Origin: a bacterium | GTDB lineage: Bacteria > UBA8248 > JACPRG01 > G963555815 | Length of the DNA stretch: 64,000 nt | Assembly (NCBI GenBank): GCA_965218795.1 | Contig: OZ244653.1 | Span: 4,992,001 to 5,056,000 of the forward strand | Direction of reading: 5' to 3' | Shown: positions 55,281 to 64,000 of the stretch, piece after piece | Layout of the letters: every line of letters starts with the position of its first letter | Position numbering within the stretch: the first letter of the stretch is position 1 | Notes under the pieces: generated by a model | Database searches by the model: none | Told to the model about the DNA's origin: nothing | What the model saw: the letters and a program-made list of their open reading frames with translations, nothing else | Made by a program: the position numbers and the translations under genes

Positions 55281-57511
55281 ATGAAGTACTTCAAGTACAT
55301 CGTTTTTTCCCTTATCCCTCTTTTTGTACTTCTCGGTATAGCTGAACTAATATCCCGGTTTGGCCCCTCAAGCCCTTTTCGCTTCGCTCAACAAACACAA
55401 AACGTCTACGCGTTCAAAGCGCAGCATCTCAAAGGGTACTTCAAAGGGGTTCCGGGACAATACATTCACGAACACATTGGGCATGACGGGGAAAAAAGGC
55501 GCATTCCTTACACTATTAACGAATTGGGATTTCGTTCAGCGGAGTTTTCTCCAAAGAAACCACGAGGCATATATCGCATCGTGGCGATGGGAGGCTCTTC
55601 TGTTATGGGGGTTGAGTCTCCATATGAGAGAACCTGGCCTGCTTTGCTCCAACAAAAGATGGGATCGAAATTCGAGGTCTGAGGTGGTCCCAGCAAATCG
55701 GACAGGTTGCTAAGGTGTATTCCACCGACTGAGGGAGGGATACGCAATGACGACACGACGGCGATTCACGGGGGAGTTCAAGGCGAAGGTAGCGCTGGAA
55801 GCACTGCGCGGGGACAAGACGGTTCAAGAAATCGCGGTGCGGCACAAGGTGCATCCGAACCAGGTGAGCGCCTGGAAGCAGCGAGCGGTGGAGGGGCTGA
55901 AGGAGGTATTCTCCAAGGGGGCGGAGCGGGCACGTGGGGACCATGAGGTGGAGATCCGGGACCTGCATGCGAAGATCGGGGAGTTGACGGTGGAGCGGGA
56001 TTTTTTGTCCAAAGGGCTCAAGTGGTGAGCCGGGAGGGACGCAGGGCCATGATCCGTCGCGACCATCCCAAACTCAGCTTGAGCCGTCAATGCCGCCTGC
56101 TTTCCATCAGCCGATCCTCGCTGTACCACACGCCCAAGGGCGAGAGTGCGCAGAACCTGGCGTTGATGCGGCGGATCGATGAGTTGTTCTTGAAATACCC
56201 GTTCTACGGCAGCCGCCAGATGGTCCGTCATTTGTGGCGCGAGGGAGTCCGTGTCGGTCGTCACCGGGTTCGGCGTCTGATGCGGCTGATGGGCCTACAG
56301 GCCATCTACCAAGCGCCGAGAACCACCAGACCACATCCCGAACACCGGGTTTATCCCTATCTTCTCAAGGGACTCGCCATCGAGCGGCCCAATCAGGTCT
56401 GGACCGCGGACATAACCTATATCCCCGTCCAGCGCGGCTTCCTGTACCTGGTAGCCGTCATGGACTGGGCCACCCGCCGTGTGCTCGCCTGGCGGCTGTC
56501 CAACACCCTGGATGCCCGCTTCTGCGTCGAGGCCCTGACCGAAGCCCTGGACCGCTACGGCCGGCCTCGGATCTTCAATACCGACCAAGGCAGCCAGTTC
56601 ACCAGCCTCGCGTTTACCGCTGTCCTCCAAGACGCCGGCGTCGCCATCTCCATGGACGGCCGGGGCCGATGCATGGACAACATCTTCATCGAGCGCCTCT
56701 GGCGTTCGCTCAAATACGAAGCGGTGTATCTGCACGAGCTCACCGACGGCTTCGCAGCCCAAAGGGCCATTGCCAAGTGGCTCGACTTCTATAACACCGA
56801 AAGACCTCATTCCGCCCTGGCTGGCTCTACCCCGGCCGAGGCCTACGAAAAAGGACTGCCGCCGCAGATGCAGGCCAAGCCCCACCGCTTGCCTGCCCCT
56901 CTGCCGGCTCAACCAGAACAGAAAGACGGGTCAAACAGGACGCTGGCGGCATGATCAATGAACCGAATACACCTTCACTCAGCCGCCTAACTGTCCAAGA
57001 TAGTGGGACCACCTCATTCTACGAAAATCAAATCATTAGATATTCTACAAGAAACTCAAGAAACTGGCTTTTACGGTTGCATGGCCATCTCTATGGAAGG
57101 AGTGGTTTCTACACTCGATTGGTCGAGCGGGTATCGATCTGGAAGACGGGAAGTCCAGTCCCTTGGTTTGAGTACGTAGACCGCTATAAGGAGCGCCACC
57201 GAGAGAACATAGAAGAACTTATAGAATTATTGAAAGCGCGAGGGGTAAGGTTAGTGTTCGTTCTCCAACCACTTAGAAAAGGAGGATATCACGACGCCCG
57301 CCATCGAAATTTGCTAAAGCAACTTGAAAGCTTAGGAAAGCAGCGAGGCGTTGAGGTGTTGGACCCACGGCCTTTATTCAACAATCCTAAGTTGGACCGT
57401 CCTTCGTTTCACGATGTTGTTCATCTGACAGAGGAAGGGAACGAACTCCTAGCCCAATTTTTTGCTGAGCAGCTTCCCCAAAGATTCTCAGATCTCCGTT
57501 CGTCTCGCTGA
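55281..57511 (+). pseudogene. SGNH/GDSL hydrolase-like gene disrupted by IS3
   Basis: 5' part 'RIVAMGGSSVMG'; 3' part (57017-57511) 'DVVHLTEEGN'; lower GC than flanks. Confidence 0.75.
55680..57016 (+). mobile_element. IS3-family element (orfA 55747-56028, orfB about 56025-56954)
   Basis: IRs TGAGGTGGTCCCA..GGACAG / CTGTCC..TGGGACCACCTCA; DDE motifs WTADITY, TDQGSQF, IERLW. Confidence 0.93.
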
Positions 57512-58718
57512 TTCCGTTGAGCTGCAACCCTGGAGTTTGGAGCTTGACCTTTCCTGGTATAGGACCAAGTGGGTTGAGAGTTTTCGGTTGTGATCATAGA
57601 GCGAAAAGTGGATTTACCCCGTTTTTGTGGACAGTTTATGGCTGTCGTCCCCAGCCCTGATGTGGGCGACAGCCGGTGGACGTACAGCCTTCCCCAAGAG
57701 CGGTGGATAGGGTATCCCCGGAGGGTATGTCTTGACCACCTTTGGCTCGCTGCTCCGGGAAGCACCGGGGACGGTTCGAGCCGGACGATGAGCGTTGCGC
57801 ACTGCACGTGGCGTTTCCTTCGCCGCGGACCGCTCGAAGTCGTTGGGGCTGAGGTAACCCAGGGCCGAATGAGGACGGCGTGGGTTGTACCAGCCTTCGA
57901 TGAATTGGAAGATCGCCATGCGCGCTTCGGCCTGGGTACGGAACGAGCGCCGGTCGATGAGCTCGCACTCCAGCGTGGCAAAGAAGCTCTCGGCCATGGC
58001 GTTGTCGAAGCAATCCCCGGCCGACCCGGTCGAGGGAACCACCCCCATCTCCCGGCACCGCTTGCCGAAGGCAAGCGAAGTGTACTGCGAGCCCTGGTCG
58101 GAATGATGCACGACCCCTTCGGGCCGGCGCTGTCCCAACGCCATGTTCAGGGCCCCGAGCACCCGTTCGGTGCGAAGATGGTGGGTCATGGACCAGCCCA
58201 CCACCCGGCGGCTGAACACGTCGAGCACGACCGCCAGGTACACGAACCCCGTCCAGGTCGGCACGTAGGTGATGTCGGCCACCCAAATCCGGTCCGGCGC
58301 ATCGGCCTGGAACTGGCGTTCGACCCGGTCCGGGGCCGCACGATGGCTCTGGTCCACGCGCGTAGTGCGCGTGCCTCGGCGTCGGCTCACCCCGCCCAAG
58401 CCCGCCTCGCGCATCAGACGAGCTACCCGTTTGCGGCTCACCCGACGCCCGTTGGCCGTCAACTCGGCATGCATCCGAGGCGCCCCGTAGGTGCCGCCAG
58501 ATGCCTCGTGGATGACCCGGATCGTGCCCCCCAACGCCTCCGTCGTGCTTCGCACGATTGGAACGCCCACGGCTTCGCCACGTGTAGTACCCGCTGGAGG
58601 AGACACCCAGCACCCGGCACATCGTGGCCACCCGATGACAGGCTTGGTTCGCCTTCACGAGCCCGAAGACCTCCCCGGCACCGAGCCGGTCTCCCGTGCG
58701 AACCAGACCGCGGCTTTC

Positions 58719-60083
58719 CTAAGAAACTGCCTCCGCACCCTCCTGCAGAACATACCCCAGAGAAGCGGCCCGTCGGCGAAGATTCTTCACCACACGCTGA
58801 CGATAACGCTCTTCATAGTATGAAGCGCCGGGATCCACATACTTCTGCCCATATCGCAGCGTGTTGTATAGCAGGACCGCAATCTTTCGGGCGGTGGCAG
58901 TCACCGCCTTGGCCTTGCCGATCCGCGCCGACAATCGACGATAGAACGCTCCGAGCGCGGTCTCGGTCCTGCCCACCGCCACCGCCGCCAGACGCAGCAC
59001 CGCAGCGGCCCGATTCGACGTACGGCGCGTTCTCGAGGCCAGAACGCGTCCACCGGAGATCTTGTTCGCCGGCGCCAATGCAAGCCACGACGTGAAGTGC
59101 TTCGCGCTCGGCCATCGAGACATATCCGTCCCACATTCGGCGATGATCTTCAGCGCAAGGTAGGGGCCGACTCCGTGAATCTGGGTCAGGTCTACGCCGA
59201 GCAACGCATACAGGGCGCCTCGTACGTCGAAGTTCAATCCGTTGGGCTGACGCGCCTTGTGCCGAGGCGCGGGCAGCGCCGCCGACGGCTCATCGACGCC
59301 ATCACTGAGGCGACCCAGGACCGCCTCGATTTCCTGGTCGCAGCGAGCCACTTGTGCTTGATACACATCGTACAGCTCCAGGGCCTGTCTCAGCGCAAAG
59401 ACGTGCTCGCGTTGGTAATGCCCGACAAGCGCTTCACGGATCGTCTCGCGTGAGGATTTACAACGGCTGTCGCGCCATGCCGCGAGTAAGTCGGGGTCGA
59501 CGACCCCCGACGCGATCGCCCGAATCATCCGCAGCCCCGTCACCCCCGTGATGTCGGACACAACATGGTGAAGCTGAACATTCATCTGGGTCAGCGCCTT
59601 TTGCATGTGTTGAATGTGCGCCGCTGCATAGTCCAGGAGGCGCTCGCGCTGTCTCAGGTAAGACCGCAACTCTGCGATCCCGCGAGTGGGGCGAAAACTG
59701 GCTCGCAACAAACCGTACTGGTGCAGCTGCTGCAGCCACTGCGCATCGTTCACGTCACTCTTGCGTCCCGGAACCGTCTTCACCTCCCGAGCGTTCACCA
59801 CGATCACTTCCAATCCATGCTCTTGAAGGATCTCGAACAACGGGATCCAGTAAACGCCCGTGGACTCCATCGCGACCGTCTCGACCCCAGCCTCTTCGAA
59901 CCAGTCGGCAAGACGCTGCAGGTCGTTGGTAAAGGTCTTGAAGGTGCGTACGGGCTCGTCAGTACCCTTCGATCCCACCGCGGCCACATGGATTCGCGAC
60001 CCAATGTCCACCCCCGCCGCATTGGGATGGACCACCGTCATGCCTCGGGAAGAACGTTTCGTCCTGCGCTTTGTACTCGCCAT
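58719..60083 (-). CDS. IS110-family recombinase
   Basis: RuvC-like GVDIG, MESTG, KSDVNDA; 'ISGG' serine motif; ARK; SD AAGGAG. Confidence 0.93.
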   Translation of the reverse strand: MASTKRRTKRSSRGMTVVHPNAAGVDIGSRIHVAAVGSKGTDEPVRTFKTFTNDLQRLADWFEEAGVETVAMESTGVYWIPLFEILQEHGLEVIVVNAREVKTVPGRKSDVNDAQWLQQLHQYGLLRASFRPTRGIAELRSYLRQRERLLDYAAAHIQHMQKALTQMNVQLHHVVSDITGVTGLRMIRAIASGVVDPDLLAAWRDSRCKSSRETIREALVGHYQREHVFALRQALELYDVYQAQVARCDQEIEAVLGRLSDGVDEPSAALPAPRHKARQPNGLNFDVRGALYALLGVDLTQIHGVGPYLALKIIAECGTDMSRWPSAKHFTSWLALAPANKISGGRVLASRTRRTSNRAAAVLRLAAVAVGRTETALGAFYRRLSARIGKAKAVTATARKIAVLLYNTLRYGQKYVDPGASYYEERYRQRVVKNLRRRAASLGYVLQEGAEAVS

Positions 60084-60330
60084 GGGTCCCTCTCCTTAAT
60101 CATGTTGGGAGATGTCCGAGAGGCGGGACGGCGGTTCCCATCATTTTCCTAATCGGGCTCGTCGATCGACGGCGCCACAGTCAAGTCCGCAGCAGTCCCT
60201 GAACCACGTTTTTTGCGGGGTCATGATCCTCCAAAAAGCTGACGGTTGCTCCCCCCGGACATCGCACATTCTACGCTGCCCACCAAGTTTCCATTCGTCC
60301 AGGAAGACGCCGTCTTGTCCCGTTTTTTAG
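58722..60330 (-). mobile_element. IS110-family element with CT core at both junctions
   Basis: Junctions gatc-CT-aaaaaacg and gcagttt-CT-tagg; removal restores host orfA EILRKAAVWF. Confidence 0.88.
60111..60263 (-). ncRNA. Candidate IS110 bridge/seek RNA
   Basis: Closing stem GAUGUCCGGGGGG/CCUCUCGGACAUC; TAGAAT -10 at 60268-60273; four segments matching target and donor flanks. Confidence 0.6.
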
Positions 60331-60630
60331 GATCTCCCGCTCTTCGCGAAGCTGACGGACCTCTCGACGAAGCCGCCGCAGCTCCTCGAGCTCCGTACTT
60401 GTCAGACCGTCCTCACGACGGCCCTCGTCGCGGTCGGCCTGGCGCACCCAGTTGCGAATCACCGAAGCAGAACACTCGAACTCCCGGGCCAGCTCCCCGG
60501 GCGTACGGCCCGAGCGAACCAACTCAACCATCTGGCGCCGGTATTCCGGCGCGTAGGGTGAATGAGTTTTCGCCATCTGAACACCTCCTGCCCACAGTCT
60601 GAAGGTGTCCACAAAAACGGGGCAAATCCA

Positions 60631-60997
60631 GCCAGCCCACGGCTTGGCGCCGTGCCGTGGGCCTCACCAGTTTTTTGACAACAGCTCCTTCAGCGCCGCG
60701 TTGTCCAGTTGTGCCTCCGCCAGAAGTCGCTTCCCATTCTCCGCCTCCAGCTCGCGCAGACGACGGGTGCCGGATATCTCCATCCCCCCGTCCTTCGACT
60801 TCCAGCGGTACAACGTCTGCTCCGATATGCCATGGTGACGGCAGTTCTCGCGTGCCGTGGCGCCGGCCTCATGCTCGCGCAGCACCCCGACAATCTGCTC
60901 TTCGGTAAACCGTTTGCGTTTCATATCGAGTTCTCCTGTACTCAGCCTCTCCAGGAAAACTCCACATGCAATGGCCTGAATTACGGGGGGAAGGTCA
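60631..60997 (-). mobile_element. Truncated IS3-family (IS407-like) element: IR, orfA 60664-60924, first codons of orfB
   Basis: TGACCTTCCCCC end; MKRKRFTEEQI..ELLSKNW; cut at the neighbouring IS end. Confidence 0.8.
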
Positions 60998-61339
60998 AAT
61001 CGACCGCAGGTCTTTCATCCCGCCGGACTACACGATCATAGAAACTCCGTTGCCGCAGGGTGCCCTGAATCCCGAATTTCCAGGCCGCCCGCGGGGTGGC
61101 GAAATCGGGGCGGCACGTTGCCGTCGGGCCTCGGATTCTCAACCCGGTTCAGAACACCATCATTCCAGAGACTGGACGACCGGACCGCGCATTGGATTCA
61201 GGCCGGTAGCCTCTCCGAATCCGGATGTCTTCAGCTTCCGCGACATGCAGGGGTATGCGTATTCCGTGACGACGCTGGTAAGATAACGGGTTTCGGGTCG
61301 ACAACCGACTCTCATGGGAACCCCACCTTCCTTCGCGCC

Positions 61340-62542
61340 ATGACATCCACTCCAGACATGACCCGCTCAGGCCGCCGAGGACTGTACCACCGGAATTTTA
61401 TTCTGAACATTCTTGCGACCTTTATCTTCATGCTTAACTTCACGGCGTTTCATCTTCTCCCGCTGCTGGTGAAGGGGCTCGGAGGCACGGAAGCGGATAT
61501 CGGATTCATCGCCGCCACGGGGTGGATTGCCTCCTTTGTCTTCACCCCGATATCCGGAATGCTGGCGAGTCGGTGGGGCGGGAAGAGAATGCTTTTGTGC
61601 GGGGTAGTCTCCTTGACCCTGGGCGGGGCGGGCTTCCTGCTGGTTGGACGGATTGGACCGTTGATTTACCTTCTCCGTGTCTTCCAGGGGGTCGGCCTTG
61701 CCGTCGCATTGACGGCCGGCTATACGCTGGTCGCCGCTTTCAGCCCGGCGGCCCGCCGCGGCGAGGGCTACGGCATCCACATGGTCTTTACCCTTTTGCC
61801 GCATGCAATCGGTCCCTGGGCCGGTGAGACGGCCATCACGGCCGGGGGATTTCCGGCGCTCCTTCTGCTCGCCGCGGGTTTCGGAGTATTGTCCCTTCTG
61901 TTTGGCGCCATGCTCCGCTCCCCCGAAGGCGCTTGGGAACAAAAGTCCGCAACGTCCTATCCGGCGTTGGTGATCCGGCGTGAAATTTGGCCCGTCATGG
62001 GAACCATCCTGCTTCTGGGGTCGAGCTTCGGATCCGTCCAGACGTTCATCCCCACCTACATCAAGAGCCGAGGTTTCGAGACGGTCAGCTTCTTTTTCAT
62101 CACGTACACCATCGTCGCGGTATGCGTTCGAATTTTCCTGGGCCGACTCTCCGATCGGCTGGGCCGTCGCAGGATTATCCTTCCAAGTCTCTTGGGCATG
62201 GTGTTCGTCGTATCTCTTTTGGCCGTGGCGTCGCAGGCGGTGACATTTACGGCGGCTTCCATCCTGTTCGGTCTCAGCCAGGGACTTTCTCTTCCCACAC
62301 TGGGCGCGCTGCTCGTCGACCGGGTGGAAGAAATGGACCGGGGGCGGATTCTGGGCCTGTACACGGGGTTTTTCCATCTGGGCATATTTCTCAATACGTC
62401 TTCGATGGGGATCGTCGCTGCAAGGTTTGGATATCCACCGCTGTATGGGCTCACTGCGGCCGCGGCCGCGGCGGGCGTCATCCTCTTTGCCGTATATGAT
62501 CCGTCGCGCAGGTCCGGGCCGGCCCTGCCCGGAGGCGCTTGA
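61340..62542 (+). CDS. MFS transporter
   Basis: 'GMLASRWGGK', 'GRLSDRLGRRR', about 12 TM; start inferred. Confidence 0.88.
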   Translation: MTSTPDMTRSGRRGLYHRNFILNILATFIFMLNFTAFHLLPLLVKGLGGTEADIGFIAATGWIASFVFTPISGMLASRWGGKRMLLCGVVSLTLGGAGFLLVGRIGPLIYLLRVFQGVGLAVALTAGYTLVAAFSPAARRGEGYGIHMVFTLLPHAIGPWAGETAITAGGFPALLLLAAGFGVLSLLFGAMLRSPEGAWEQKSATSYPALVIRREIWPVMGTILLLGSSFGSVQTFIPTYIKSRGFETVSFFFITYTIVAVCVRIFLGRLSDRLGRRRIILPSLLGMVFVVSLLAVASQAVTFTAASILFGLSQGLSLPTLGALLVDRVEEMDRGRILGLYTGFFHLGIFLNTSSMGIVAARFGYPPLYGLTAAAAAAGVILFAVYDPSRRSGPALPGGA

Positions 62543-62634
62543 CGGTCGCCCGGGTTTAGGCGGAGGATCGAATCGGGCCTGCCGGCCGACTCGTGTCCGG
62601 AATGTGCGGGAAACCATCCGGGAAGGAACGTCGC

Positions 62635-63552
62635 GTGAAGATTCTGGTTTCGGGAGGGGCGGGCTTTATCGGTTCGCATGTGACGGATGCATACGCAGGC
62701 GACGGACATGAAACCGTCGTCGTGGACAGCCTGACCCGCGGAAACGAAAGCAACCTGAACACCGCGGCGGCTTTCCACGAGGTGGATCTTTGCGATCGGT
62801 CCGCCCTGGAAGCCGTTTTCGAGAAGGAGCGGCCCGGGTACGTGAATCATCACGCCGCTCAGGTGGATGTGCGGCGGGCGGTGGAAGACCCGTCCTATGA
62901 CGCCCGTCAAAATGTTCTCGGCACAATCAATCTTCTCGAATGTTGCCGTGTGTTTTCCGTTCAGAAATTCGTCTATATCTCGAGCGGGGGGGCCGTCTAC
63001 GGAGAGCCGGCCTCGCTGCCCGTGGCCGAGGACCATCCCATCCGTCCCCTGTCGCCCTATGGCCTCTCAAAGTACATTGGGGAGGAATACGTAGAACTGT
63101 ACAGCCGGCTCCACGGCCTGGATTACACCATTCTCCGGTACCCGAATGTGTACGGTCCGCGGCAGGATCCCAAGGGAGAGGCCGGCGTCGTGGCCATTTT
63201 TGCCCAACTCCTTCGGGCAGGAGAGCGGCCGACCATCTTTGGTGACGGCTCGAAGACTCGGGATTATGTATTTGTCGGGGACCTCGTCCGAGCCAACTTG
63301 CTTGTGACGGGGAACGTCGGAAGCCGTGAGAGGTTCAATCTGGGATGGGGGGAGGAGACCACGGACCAGCAGGTTTTCGAAGCCGTCCGCGATGCGCTCG
63401 GGTCCACAGTGGAACCGATTTACGGTGAAAGGCGCCAAGGCGAGATCGAGCGGATCTGTCTGGACGCCTCCAAGGCGGGAAGGGAGCTGGATTGGCGCCC
63501 GGAAGTGTCTTTTCGGGAGGGGGTGAAGCGGACGGTGGAATCCGGTCGGTGA
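62635..63552 (+). CDS. NAD-dependent epimerase/dehydratase (GalE-like)
   Basis: GGAGFIGS, YGLSK, NVYGP, RDYV; GTG start inferred. Confidence 0.92.
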   Translation: MKILVSGGAGFIGSHVTDAYAGDGHETVVVDSLTRGNESNLNTAAAFHEVDLCDRSALEAVFEKERPGYVNHHAAQVDVRRAVEDPSYDARQNVLGTINLLECCRVFSVQKFVYISSGGAVYGEPASLPVAEDHPIRPLSPYGLSKYIGEEYVELYSRLHGLDYTILRYPNVYGPRQDPKGEAGVVAIFAQLLRAGERPTIFGDGSKTRDYVFVGDLVRANLLVTGNVGSRERFNLGWGEETTDQQVFEAVRDALGSTVEPIYGERRQGEIERICLDASKAGRELDWRPEVSFREGVKRTVESGR

Positions 63553-64000
63553 CGGAGCCGCCCCGGATGATTCTGTATTCTGCACCTGCCCGCAATTTTG
63601 GGACTGGACGATAAGCGGCATTCTCAAAAGGTCGTGGAGTTCACCATGACACTCGACAAATCACCTGAATCCCTTTATTTCACGATGCCCCTCTCCCTGG
63701 GTCAGCCGAATCATCGGTTTGGCCCTCGTCCTGGTGACTGCGGCGTCCTGCGCCATGACGGCGGGTGGCTTCAACCTGAGGGGATTGCCGCCTCGAACCG
63801 AGGCAATTACGATGAGCACTCCGGCTCTACCGGAAGTCCTTGGGCTTAACCCCCGATGACCGGCGGTCAACGCAAATCCCGGTTGGGCGTATGACCACAC
63901 GAAGAATGATAAGGAAGCCGAGGTTTACCTTTGAGGCAAGTCCGTCTCGCCCGGAAATTCTCAGTCTCAGTCCGACCGATACGCGGCCAATGACCCCTCA

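Larger units (their letters stand above)
57609..60630 (-). mobile_element. IS3-family element, inactivated (IS110 inside orfA; frameshift in orfB near 58540)
   Basis: IRs TGGATTT(A/G)CCCCGTTTTTGTGGACA; orfA starts 60576; orfB WVADITY, SDQGSQY, AESFF. Confidence 0.9.

Noticed and set aside
55670-55690. TGA ending the SGNH 5' half as a possible Sec codon (selC nearby)
   Set aside because: The TGA is the first bases of the IS3 inverted repeat
63553-64000. Non-coding tail with short ORFs
   Set aside because: No supportable gene or RNA; context cut by window end

Overview
High-GC bacterial chromosome window. It probably comes from a deep-branching diderm heterotroph; the gene inventory is reminiscent of Nitrospinota/Tectomicrobia or Deltaproteobacteria-like lineages, but this is unverified. 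From left to right: (1) the right edge of a defence islet (type III restriction enzyme 3' end, RelE/HigA-type toxin-antitoxin pair, integrase relic); (2) a xanthine-dehydrogenase-family operon, a ferritin-like/RHH gene pair and a decayed accessory region (about 8.9-17.6 kb) with an integron relic, inverted-repeat elements, a split NMT1-type ABC system, ggt and a frameshifted M20 peptidase; (3) a core block (aminotransferase, scpA-scpB-rluB-TPR/SLH-pgsA-like, pduO, NUDIX, HU, tyrS) and a complete rrn operon (16S, tRNA-Ile, tRNA-Ala, 23S, 5S); (4) a roughly 19 kb scavenging/catabolic cluster ending in form II coxSLM and a second ferritin-like paralog; (5) ybdK, tRNA-Sec and a nest of IS elements (IS5, IS3 x3, IS110); (6) an MFS transporter and an NAD-dependent epimerase. 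The most striking observation is an apparently intact IS110 with a precisely reconstructable CT core. Its stop codon is supplied by the target. Its ~150-nt upstream structured RNA carries four short segments matching its own target and donor flanks, making it a bridge-RNA candidate with atypical guide layout. All calls were made by eye from the sequence and ORF track; no searches were run.
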